DNA of 63,943 bases, filler included, from Octopus bimaculoides (lineage: Eukaryota): assembly GCF_001194135.2 (NCBI RefSeq). It is 7 parts of 6 records of this genome, joined end to end, with 100 filler letters (N's around TTAATTAATTAA, not from the genome) between each part and the next. Parts side by side here need not be neighbours in the genome. Positions count along the whole stretch, not along the records: positions 49,437 to 57,056 come from NC_068981.1; positions 57,157 to 62,816 come from NC_069005.1; positions 62,917 to 63,943 come from NW_026361275.1; 4 more parts are not named here. One strand, 5' to 3'. A program made the translations under genes and the position numbers. How positions within the stretch are numbered: the first letter of the stretch is position 1; each line of letters opens with the position of its first letter. The notes beneath the pieces were generated by a model that was not told the DNA's origin, did no database searches, and saw only the letters and a list, made by a program, of their open reading frames with translations. Shown piece by piece: positions 51,901 through 63,943 of this stretch.

Positions 51901-53875
51901 TTAATTACAATGGAAAGGGAGTGATACGAAATTTTGAGATATTTTAATATTCAAATAAACATTATTAATAATATATACACACGCATATATTCCTTAGCGG
52001 CCAGCTTTACATATATACGCAATAATTTATATACAACATACACATATATATGATTGTGTGTGGCTGCATGTATTTGTATATATATGTACACACACGCTCA
52101 CATCAACACATATATGCATAAACGCGTGCGCACACACACGCGTATGTAGGCCGTATCCCATTAACTGTCATCTTTCGATAGTAATCACGTTTATGATATG
52201 ATTATACTAGTTAAGGAAACTAGTTAGTTGGTTAATCATTTACCGAGTTTTTCATTTAGCTTCAATGTCCATGTGGGATTTCTCTTGTACGCATTTATTT
52301 TATGACCCTTAATAGTATAGAAGCTGTTTCAAAATCACGATTTTTCTTGCACGGGTTCAGTTTGGGACTTGATGCTGCTGAAGCTACAAAATCATGTTTG
52401 ATATTTATAAAGAGAAAGAAAGCGAAAAACATACATGAAGAGCTAGGGACGGAGACCTAGAGAGAGAAAAATGGATAGATTCCTAGGTAACTATCTAGCT
52501 AGATAGATAGATAAGGGAAGAAAGAGCGAGAGAGGGAAATAGAGAAAGAGAAAAGAGAGAGAGAGAGAGAAAAATAGAAAGAAAACAGTAGAAAAAGATT
52601 AAGTTGTAACAAAGTTGCTTGTTAGAAAATCTCTATAAGAGATAAAAGTTGTAACTATGGTCAGAAGTAATGCTTATCACCACTTCAACATGGCTGTTCC
52701 GTAAGAACTGACGTTACTACCATTTTAACTCCCCAGGAGGACGCCTCCTCCAACTGGCTGTTCGATGCAATCTGCAGCCGATATATATTGCAAGCATATA
52801 TATATTAAGTTGTGCTTTCCTGAAATTGATGCAATGTTGCTTTCGGAAATATTGCTCTGGGGGCGCCTGTTTTCAAACTGAGTCACAACAGATACCTCTG
52901 CTTCCTATATGGACAAACCAACGTGAACAGCACGTGTAAATAAATGTTCGAACAGTCGCTCCACACTTTGCAGTGAACCTGTCAGTATCTTTTCTCCTAA
53001 TTTCAATTTGTAGTTAATGTCAGATGATATTCGATGTTGCACTCCACATGAAGGAACTGAACATCGGAAATTGGTTGACTGTATTTCCAGCACTGGGGAA
53101 CCTAAATTAAAATTGAACCATTTTTGCAGCACGTCATCATTTGTATAACAGAAATAGATATTGTTTGATAGTGATAAAACATCAGAAGTATGGCTAGATG
53201 TAGATATGCGGTCGAAAAAATTCTGAAGCACCTACTAGAAAAGTATTATGCCGGCCATGATGCAATATGTAATCCACAATCCACTTTGTCCTTTTGTTTC
53301 AAGCACAATAAATTACTGCGAAATTGCACTGATGGAAAATCAACAATATTACGGTAAAAGTTTTAAAAGAAAAATTACCAAAAATCCAAGACTGATTAAC
53401 AGACAAATTCAATTCTGCTTCACGATACTTTTTAACCAAGTCTAAAATTCCTCATTGAAAATTAACGGAGTTGGATTATGAAATTTCGCTGCATCAGTCA
53501 ACAGCTTATCACGTTTTCAAACTCTTCAAACTGCTTATACGTAATATAAGATACACTCACTGAGAAGCCATAGTTGGTGGATATAATCAGTTCAGAGACT
53601 CAAAAGATGACATTCTTCAAATAAGAATAACTAATTTAATATCACGTTAGCAAAAGACAATTTAACATAATGGATTAAATATATTAATTTAATTTTATTA
53701 CTAATCTTAACTCTTTTGTTTGAAACAGCATTTCATGTCGTATAACCTAATATACATACCCTCTCACTATTTTCTTTTCGCGCACAGACATGCATACACA
53801 TATATGTGTGTGTGTGTACATATATATATTTACATATATACATATATGTATATATATGTGTGTAGATATGTATGC

Positions 53876-53954
<79 letters not shown>

Positions 53955-54904
53955 CACAAACACACATATATACAGACATTCAGACAAATATATATTTACC
54001 CATGCTCATACAAGATCACGTATACATGTGTGCATGTATGTGTTTGTGTGCATGTATGTGTTTGTGTGCATGTATGTGTTTATGAGCGCGCGCGCCTGTG
54101 CGTACGTGTGCGTGTGTCAGAGTGCGTGCTTTGACTAAAATATTGAAAATCTAGGACACAAAATATTCATTGATATTGGAAGCATTTTTATTCAGCTGGA
54201 TTGCTATGTGCTATATCAGTATATGTTCTATTCACAGTTTCCTATACATAGAAGGCGACAAATCTCATCTAGTAAAGAAGCTGGTTGTGATTGCACGCCG
54301 TTGATAAGAGACGCATTTCGTAAACGGTTTCTTCGCTGAAACTATAAACAAGGCCATGGGCTCTTTTTAGATTCACCAGTTCGGGTTCTACTGGCGGACA
54401 ACAAACAACATATTGAAAGACGGGTTTCGTAGAATCCCTTGCACTAATGAATTGAATGTGCTATCAACACATAGTCGTCATAAAGGAGAAATTATCTTCT
54501 TGTGACATGTACAACAGTGATTATCGTAGTTTCATTGGAATCTGCTGGAACATGTACAGAATAAATATAAAAGTTATCGTTTCAGATCTGGCTGTTAAAT
54601 GCCCAAATGATGATTTATGTTATATATATATATATGTATATGTGCGTGCGTGTGTGTGTGTATGTATAGATGCATGTATGCATGTATAGTGTGTGTTTAA
54701 TTATGTTTATTAGCTTCACAATCACTGGGTTTCGGGATCATTTCCATTGCGTGGCATTTTGGGCAAATATCTTTTTGTCTGCTTCACACTACTTCTTGAC
54801 AATCGGTGTTGGTTTGTTTATATCCCCCGTTTTGGTGGTTTGGTGAAGAAGAGTCCCATAGAATAAGTACCTGGGTTAAAAGAAATAATTACTGAACGTG
54901 AAAG

Positions 54905-54942
<38 letters not shown>

Positions 54943-55004
54943 AACATGTGTATAACTATACCCTCGGCATCTCCCACAACATATTACTCTATATGTTACA
55001 TTTA

Positions 55005-55225
55005 CGTTAGGTTGCTGAAAAGTTCCTAGCTTTATGGGTGACACAAAAGTCCTGGCTGAGGACCAGCCTTCCGAGTTGTTTTTTTATTTTTTATAGGGCT
55101 TAGAATAGCTGAAGGAACGCTGCGATAAAAGTGTGGATTTGACAAGGAAATATGTTGAATAAAATCATAACCGAACCTCCTTATTTTCTTATACCTAAAA
55201 TTGGGAACTTTTTATCACACCCTCG
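55005..55225 (+). mobile_element. Mariner-derived MITE
   Basis: TA flanks and imperfect TIRs (cgttaggttgctgaaaagttcc / ggaactttttatcacaccctcg). Retains the mariner C-terminus LKERCDKSVDLTRKYVE*. Confidence 0.7.
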
Positions 55226-55427
55226 TATAAATAAAATATGAAATAAGAACCTTTTATTTTCTCCGGTGCAAGTATTTCTAAGCTTTTTTGCTTTTGGCTT
55301 AAACTTCATAAACATTTCGATAAGCTGCCCTTGTAGGGCTTAGCCTATATCAGTACATCTTCATTCAAGGAATATAACTCACAGTACTTACCGTCTGCCT
55401 CACTAGTACAATACACTTATATAATTT

Positions 55428-55489
55428 AGGCACCGAGCTGGCAGAAACGTTAGCACGCCGGGCGAAATGCTTAGCGGTATTTCGTCTGT
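55428..55489 (+). mobile_element. SINE family 1 head, interrupted by a LINE 5' end
   Basis: aggcaccgagctggcagaaacgttagcacgccgggcgaaatgcttagcggtatttcgtctgt, after which the sequence switches. Confidence 0.8.
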
Positions 55490-55516
55490 GTGACACCGGT
55501 TGAAATGCTTAGCGGT

Positions 55517-57056
55517 GTAACGGCTCCGTGAGTTTGTATCTATTAGTAATTATTTGAGTACGTTTGTATAGTAAGTGCAAGTTTCTATTGACTGTTCTTG
55601 TGTTATTTCCTCTTATAATTATTTGTGTGATAGTCTTCGTTCGAAAACTATCGTGTGTTCTCCCCTGTGGGGGAGACATTAATCGCTGGCAAGATGCCGA
55701 ATAGTGCATCTTCGTCTGGCGAAGAGTCAACCGATGGAAAAAATATTGAAAGTTTATTGTTTGGAGATNNNNNNNNNNNNNNNNNNNNNNNNNNNNNNNN
55801 NNNNNNNNNNNNNNNNNNNNNNNNNNNNNNNNNNNNNNNNNNNNNNNNNNNNNNNNNNNNNNNNNNNNNNNNNNNNNNNNNNNNNNNNNNNNNNNNNNNN
55901 NNNNNNNNNNNNNNNNNNNNNNNNNNNNNNNNNNNNNNNNNNNNNNNNNNNNNNNNNNNNNNNNNNNNNNNNNNNNNNNNNNNNNNNNNNNNNNNNNNNN
56001 NNNNNNNNNNNNNNNNNNNNNNNNNNNNNNNNNNNNNNNNNNNNNNNNNNNNNNNNNNNNNNNNNNNNNNNNNNNNNNNNNNNNNNNNNNNNNNNNNNNN
56101 NNNNNNNNNNNNNNNNNNNNNNNNNNNNNNNNNNNNNNNNNNNNNNNNNNNNNNNNNNNNNNGACCAGAGGTAAAAAATTTGGTACCATCGAGGTACAAC
56201 TAAAAAATATTGAAGCGGCACAGATGCACTCGATAAATTCATTGGAAACAGAAGATTTAATTCTAATACCTATATACATGGGTATGAGGACTGCCAACAT
56301 ACGAATAACAAAGGTCCCTCCTAAAGACGACCCTATGTGGTTGATGGCGGCGGTCCTGGCAAAGAAGGTAGATGAAGTGAATATACTTCAGGCTATCGTC
56401 ACCGAAAAAACATATTGGATCGGCCACACGGTCCACTTATTAATTCAAGGAGAACAGGCTGTAATTGAACAACTTCCAGAAAAAATAGAAGTTAGGGAGG
56501 AGTTGTTCCTCAACGTTTTTGTCGAGGGGTGTAAACCCCGATGTTTTCAGTGCGGTCAGATAGGCCATATTAAAATACTCTAAGGAAGGCGAGGAAGAAT
56601 CTGAAGGTGAGGAGGAAGAGAAAGATAAAGAAACCGAAGGAAAGAAAATTACCAGTAAAAAAAAATAGAAAATGCTAATCAAGTAAAACAAGTAGAACAA
56701 CGACCAACAAAAGCAGCAAAAAGAAACCGACCACAAATAACAAGGAAAGAAGTGGAGGACAGAGGGATAGTAGCACTTCACAGCAAAAATGTTGATTTAA
56801 TGAGATAAATAAAAGCAAAAAAATCAGCCACCAGAATAGCAGAACTGTCTGAAAAATTTCAAAATTATGAACTATTCGAAATAGATTCAAAGACTCATAA
56901 GATTTTATTAAATACATACAGAACATCTGTATCGGCAATGAGACTGGAATTTAACCAGTCCATTTTTCAAGACTTGCCACCTCCGACCCTATGTCAAGAA
57001 AAGGTGGAGAGTCCCTCTCCACCGGACAAGCCCTGATTAACAGGTAAGACATGTCT
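55517..57056 (+). mobile_element. Tx1/L1-clade LINE 5' UTR and ORF1 (broken zinc knuckle)
   Basis: ATG at 55695 (MPNSASSSGEES). After the gap an open frame runs to VFVEGCKPRCFQCGQIGHIKIL*, a CCHC knuckle missing its last Cys, followed by an acidic/Lys-rich tail. Ends at a gap. Confidence 0.7.
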
Positions 57057-58054
57057 NNNNNNNNNNNNNNNNNNNNNNNNNNNNNNNNNNNNNNNNNNNN
57101 TTAATTAATTAANNNNNNNNNNNNNNNNNNNNNNNNNNNNNNNNNNNNNNNNNNNNAAGAGAGAAAGAAAGCGCAACATCTTGGAACAACACCACGTACA
57201 TGTGAATAAAATTGTGAAACCAAAAAAAAAAAAATTAAAATAAAAAAATAAAAAACATCATATATCCCAAAAAGGGAAGAAAATAAAACTGAAAGCCCCC
57301 CACAAAAAAAAAAAATTAACAACCAAAAAACATACAAAGGACAAAATTGGGAACAATAAGAAAAAAAAAAGTGAAATGAAATGAAGAAAAAAGAGAGAAA
57401 GGAAAAAGACCATCACAAGGAAAGATTGGAAAAGAAAAGAAAGGAGAAAAAGATCTAAAAAGACAAAGAAAAAAATGATGTGAAATTGCAGCAAAGGAAC
57501 AATTCTTGATGTTTTTTTTTTGCAAGAAACTCCTTAAGTCTGCAAGAGAAAAATTTGGTAATTGGAGAGTTTTTCCCTGTAAGCTATTTATAGTTTAGAT
57601 TTTGGATTAAGGCTTACTTAAGGTGTTAAAATGAATTAAATCTTCTTAATAATGGGTGCAGCAGGTTAAATATAAAGATAAAAAGAAATTTTAAAAAAAG
57701 TTTCAGTAAATCTTGTGCGAATAATATTATTTAAAATAATATAAAAATAATTTTTAAAAAATGATAAGAATAATGATAACGATTTAATATAAGAAAATGT
57801 TAACTATTATACTAAAATAATTTTTAAAAAATTGATTAATGGTAATGATTTCCTCCAGCAGCTTTTTTGATATCGGTCATGTGTAATTTGTAACATATGT
57901 GTGTATGTATATATATATATATATATATATATAAATATATATATACACACACATACATATATACACACACAAACGTACATATATATATATAAATAAATGC
58001 ACACACAAAAATATATCCATGTGTATGTGTGTGTGTATATATATATGTCTGCAT

Positions 58055-58109
<55 letters not shown>

Positions 58110-58588
58110 TTTTGTATTATATTTTCATGCTTTTTCTTCTCTATTTCATTGAAATAATACTATTGAAGTGAAAAAAATAAATTGCTATGTTTAAGACAAC
58201 ACACGCACATACACATACACATCCATACACACATCCAAATAAACACATGCATCTAACTGAACATACACACGTCCATTAGGCTTAGCATTATCACATCCAC
58301 ACTCCCATCAGAAGGTGTCAGCCAAGTCCCTAGTCGCAGGATAATAGGTTGAAAAGAAAAATAATTTAAAAAAAAACTAGGGACAATATATATTACATTA
58401 CCACCTTCCCCAATGATCCACCCCAATAAAAGTCTAAGCACAAGAACAGCAACAACAAATAGAATGAAAATTAGGGGTCAAAATTAAATTAAAACATGAA
58501 ACAAACCCAGCAAGTTTGCAGTCCCATGACTGACACAAGTAGAATAGTAACACATGTATATATATGTATACATATACATACACACGCA

Positions 58589-58619
<31 letters not shown>

Positions 58620-59233
58620 GTGCGTGTATATATATATATATATATATATATGCATGTGTATGTAAGAAAGTATATATGATTACATTAGTAAATAGCACAA
58701 ACTGAAATATAGAATCCTAAATGGCGTATTCCCAATGGGATTGAAGCCAAAGCGAATTCTCTTACAACAGTACAAGTCTCTTATATGGCACTACATTACT
58801 TCAAACTTTGGACATTTGCAATTACATACTCCCTAATATACATGTATATATATATATGTACATATATATATATATATATATAATTATAGGTGCAGCGTAC
58901 TGCCAAAATTGGTAGAGAACCAGGCAAGTTCCTTGTGTTATTTGGGCCCTTGACATTAAGTTTTAATGTTAAATCGAACCAAGTCCAACTTGCCTTTCAT
59001 CCTTCTGATGAAAATGAATGCAAAATGCATCAGTCTTCAAAGTACTTATGTTGATATATTAATAAACCATGGACATCTCTTGAAAATATCAGGGATTCTT
59101 ATTGTACATGTGGAAATTAAAAAGCAACTCTTTGTCATATTGATGTGTAGATACATGCATATACACACACATGTATATACGTGTATGTATATATATATAT
59201 ATACACGCACACACACATGTATATACGTGTATG

Positions 59234-59264
<31 letters not shown>

Positions 59265-60650
59265 ATACACACACACATACATAGTTATGTAGATAGGAGA
59301 TAAATATGTACATGTACACACACACATACACATTGAGTTTCATATAAATGGATATATTAATATCTTTGCAACATGGCCACTGTCCTTTCAACAAAGTGAA
59401 TATTTGCTTTACTGATACATCAGAGGCCATGAGGTAAGAATAGGAATACACATATATAATATATATATTAATACACACACACACACACACACCAACACAC
59501 ACGCACAAATACATACAAATATATCCAATTTGTATGGATATATAACACTCAATATATATTTTACTCTCAAAATTTAAAATTTTCAAAAACTGACAATATT
59601 TGAGTTTTAAATAAGGAATCAAAACTGATTTGAAAAGTATGGTAAAATAATATATAAATGAATAAATAAAATTCAAATAATAATATAAAAAGAACCATTA
59701 AAATCAATAAAATTTCTTTTTTCTTTTTACAATTTTTTTTCTACATTTTTCAGACACCATCACTACTACAACCACCCCTAGTAGAATTAATATACTATAA
59801 CAAACACCAGTACTACAACCATCACTGCCACAGATGCAACTGTGGCTACCATCCTCACTTTTTTTGCCCCCCCCCCCACAGATACTCACACCACTGCTAT
59901 CATTCTCACTATAAACACCACTACCCTACTCCCACAACTAGCACCTCTACATTATTATTTGCAATCATTATTATTATTTCCCCACCTCCTATACCTCCCT
60001 AGTTTTCAGGCAGAAATATAAAGAAATAAAAATATATATAGGAATATCTCATTNNNNNNNNNNATATATATGCACACTCACACATAAGTAATGAAGCGGA
60101 AAATATAAGTAAGTTGAATAATTCATTTTCATAGAATTTGTATCCACCAGAATTTAAATCATAAATGAAGTTCTGCTACTATAGTCAATTAAAATGGCAG
60201 GTTATTATTTGTGATTTGAATCCTGGTTTTAAAAAAAATTGCTGATTTTTGGCACCATGAAACCTTAGGTTCTAGAAATTTGACAGAAAATTGGTTTTTA
60301 CAAAGAATACATATATACATACACACATGCAATATATATAAAACACTTTTCAGATCTTAAAATAGGAAAGTCATCATCAAAATCATGATCACCATTATGA
60401 TCATCATAAAAATAAACAATAAGCCTAAAATGGTAATTGATTGGCAATAACAATCTCAATGAAAATAATAACAATTATTATTATTATTACTATTATTCAT
60501 TATCACAAGGGCAGCAGTTGGTAGAAGCTGGAGAGTTGCTGGACTCAGTGTGCTATGAAGTATACTTATCTCCCTTTATGGCCTGACTTCACTAGTTCAG
60601 TGAATGCTAACACATTTAACACAGTGAGCAGCACAATCTTAATTAGAGGC

Positions 60651-60866
60651 AAGGTGGTGAGCTGACAGACTCGTTAGCACGCTGGGCGAAATGCTTAGCG
60701 GTATTTCTTGTCTTTATGTTCTGAGTTCAAATTCCACTGAGGTCAACTTTGCCTTTCATCCTTTCGGGATCGATAAATTAAGTACCAGTTGTGTACTGGG
60801 GTCAATCTCTAATTGACTGGCCCTACCTCCCCAAAAATTTCGGGCCTTGTGCCTAGAGTAGAAAGG
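60651..60866 (+). mobile_element. SINE family 1, full length, with 16-bp target-site duplication
   Basis: Flanks are aatcttaattagaggc (60635-60650) and aatcttaattataggc (60867-60882), one mismatch. Confidence 0.88.
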
Positions 60867-61202
60867 AATCTTAATTATAGGCATGTCTTTTTGATGACAA
60901 ATTTCTTTTTAAAAATTACATTTTAAGATGTTTCTTAGCATATTTTTGAAGTGGATTTTATTTTAAATAAGCTAAATTAACACTTAACTCATGTACAATA
61001 TTACACTTTCACTTGGTGATTCTCTCTCCTCACCATTTTGGAAATTTAAGTCTGATAAAGTTGGAACATGCTCATAGTTGTTTTCCATACTATAGCTGAA
61101 ATGATCAATATTAATTATTATCAATATTCTTAAATGATCAATATTAGATATTAAGAAAACTAATGTTGTATTTTAGTCACCAAATAAGGATTTTTAAGTG
61201 AA

Positions 61203-61320
61203 GTCATGTGGCCTAGTGGTTAGGGATGCAACACTCACAATTGCTAGATCGCCTTTTCAATCCCTGGACCAGGCAGTGCATTGTGTTCTTGAGCCAGACA
61301 TTTCATTTCATGTTGCTCTG
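61203..61320 (+). mobile_element. SINE family 3 head, degenerate
   Basis: gtggcctagtggttaggg (A box) and ttcaatccctggaccaggc...ttgtgttcttgagccagacatttcatttca. Confidence 0.65.
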
Positions 61321-62086
61321 TGGTCATTTCAATATCTGATGTAAGGCTATGTCGATTTGATGGTGGGGGAGGGGGAGGTAATGTACAATTAATCACTATG
61401 AACAAATCATTTGTGCAAACTGTACAGCAAAAACCTGGACACCCATGTCACTTTTAACAGGAGATCCCATCATTGACACACACAGCATTTATATATGTTA
61501 ACACTAACTCATCTGTCAGCAAGCAGTATTTTATATGTCCCAGGTCAGACCTCAGACATGGGGAAAGCAACACAAGACCTGAATAGCAATCCTTGCCCAC
61601 AGAAGCAAGTTGTATTTGCTTCTCCATCAATGGTACTCATTAAAATGCTATTAAACTATTTAGAATACATTCTGAAAGCTTCTGATCTGGGAGATTCAAT
61701 ATCATCGGGAATGAAATTTTACTGACAACATAGCAATTGATATAATCATGGTCATTTCTCCACTAGGTGGTAATTCTAAACAACTTGCTTGCTAATTGTG
61801 ATAATTCCATTTTTCAAACTTATAATAAATTATATGACAAAACATAAATGAATAGTAACTGGTTTATAAATCAACTAATTACAACTAAATTAATGATGAT
61901 CAAACTTTTTTTTTTTTAACTAATGATCTCATCTCTTTCACATAAGCACATGAATGCCCACACATGCACACACACGCATGTACATATGTATAAAAACTTA
62001 TACTTTTCTCTCTTTTTACATATATATATCCAAATATATATATTTCTACACACATGTATGTGTTTATGAGTTTGTGTGTATTAATC

Positions 62087-62123
<37 letters not shown>

Positions 62124-62182
62124 GTATATATATATGTATGTGTGTGTATATATACATATAACTATGCATGCCTATAACTATC

Positions 62183-62221
<39 letters not shown>

Positions 62222-62785
62222 NNNNNNNNNNNNNNNNNNNNNNNNNNNNNNNNNNNNNNNTATGTATACATATATATATATGTATACATATATATATATG
62301 TATACATATATATATATGTATACATATATATATATATATATATACATCTATACCTATATCTATATATGTAGATACAACAGACACATAATTGTGCATGCAT
62401 GAGAGCGCGCATGTATGTGTGTGTACTTGTGCATGTAAGTGTGTGTGTACATGTATTTGTGTGCACTTGAGCATGAGTGTGTGTGTGTGTGAGTGCGTGT
62501 ATGTGCACATGTACGTGTGTGTCTTAACATCAGGTTCACATACTGATTCAACAAACAAGCACCTATCCATCTCTTCAATTTAACACAGTTTATTTTAATA
62601 TTCACTTTCCAAATTCTGTCAGTCTTAAAATTTATAGCGATGTAACACAGTGTATTATTAGCATTTAGCCCTTGTCATGCAATGTGTAACTTTCAACATG
62701 TGTATATATACACACCTAAGCATACATACAAACAAACAGACACAAATATATATATATATATATATATACACAGATTTATATATAC

Positions 62786-62816
<31 letters not shown>

Positions 62817-62999
62817 NNNNNNNNNNNNNNNNNNNNNNNNNNNNNNNNNNNNNNNNNNNNTTAATTAATTAANNNNNNNNNNNNNNNNNNNNNNNNNNNN
62901 NNNNNNNNNNNNNNNNTACAACAGAGAAAATACCGATAGAGAACAACGAATAGAGAGGAAAGTGTGGCTTGGTTAATATATGGCATAATATAATATAAA

Positions 63000-63908
63000 T
63001 TTAAATATCAATGTAATATAATATATGGTAATATAATATGAGTTTAATATAAATATAATTTAATATAATAGAAAAATATGATATAATAAAAATATAATAT
63101 ATAACATAATTTAATATGATAAAAACATTATATAAAAATATAATATAATAAAAAATAACTTGATATAACAGAAATATAATACATACATGCATACATACAT
63201 ACATACATACATACATACATGCATGCATGCATACATACATACATATATACATACATGAGAACGTACATGCATACATGTACGCATGTATACATACATGCAA
63301 ACATATATACATACATGAATACATGCATACATGCATAAATGCATACATAAATGTATGTATGTATGTATGCATGTATGTTTTATATTTCTATTATATTAAG
63401 TTATTTATATAGTTTAAAAATATATTTTATAATATATTTTACATTATTTAACCTAATGCTTGTCAGTATTATTTCCTATACACCGGTAAAAGATATTGTT
63501 TTTTGCTTCAATCACAGCTTTGCATACACACATAAATGCATACATAAATACATACATACATGTACACATAGAAATATACATACATACATGCATACACACA
63601 TGCATGCAATACATGCATGTATAGCTATATTTCGTTTGATATCTATATATCTAGCTATCTATCTTTATACGCACATACATACATACTCGCACACACACAC
63701 ACACATATGCATAATTCATATATATATATATATATATAATTTATTATTGTTATATATGTTATATATAATATATATTTATATTATTTATATAATTGTATAT
63801 ATATTATATATCATATATTTGTATATATATATTTAATATATACTAATATGATACACACACACCCATATATATGTATATATATACATATGCATGTACATAT
63901 ACATATAT

Positions 63909-63943
<35 letters not shown>
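63000..63943. repeat. AT-rich low-complexity and (CATA)n/(TA)n/(CA)n tract
   Basis: Visible directly. Confidence 0.9.

Noticed and set aside
61495-61725. Plus-strand ORF with acceptor-like ttttatatgtcccag
   Set aside because: Weak donor, no recognisable motif and no partner exons.

Overview
AT-rich, microsatellite-dense and gap-ridden eukaryotic genomic DNA. The tRNA-derived SINE families and repeat style resemble those I recall from octopus (cephalopod) genomes; this is inference, not a search result. Almost all long ORFs in the supplied track are artefacts of simple repeats and N-gaps. One protein-coding gene is well supported, on the minus strand. Its five phase-compatible GT-AG exons are 22070-21890, 19463-19326, 19123-19001, 18250-18176 and 16435-16361. 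They encode a Ser- and Cys-run N-terminus, a hydrophobic signal/anchor segment, an EGF-like domain, a calcium-binding EGF domain and two 25-aa TNFR-like four-Cys modules. The 3' end of the gene was not found. A further probable exon lies at 37537-37782/37850 (minus strand). The rest is mobile-element debris: three SINE families, two inverted Tc1 copies, a long-TIR DD41D derivative, mariner and hAT fragments, MITEs, a Helitron/Helentron-like element, and CR1, RTE and Tx1/L1 LINE fragments. The most notable small feature is a complete minimal hammerhead-ribozyme motif (9748-9793) inside a perfect 61-bp inverted repeat, typical of Penelope-like elements. Six 100-bp gaps contain an artificial TTAATTAATTAA linker, and five of them appear to coincide with switches between CpG-rich and CpG-poor sequence. 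I see no convincing wholly new multi-gene system. The unusual EGF-TNFR gene and the ribozyme element are the best leads.
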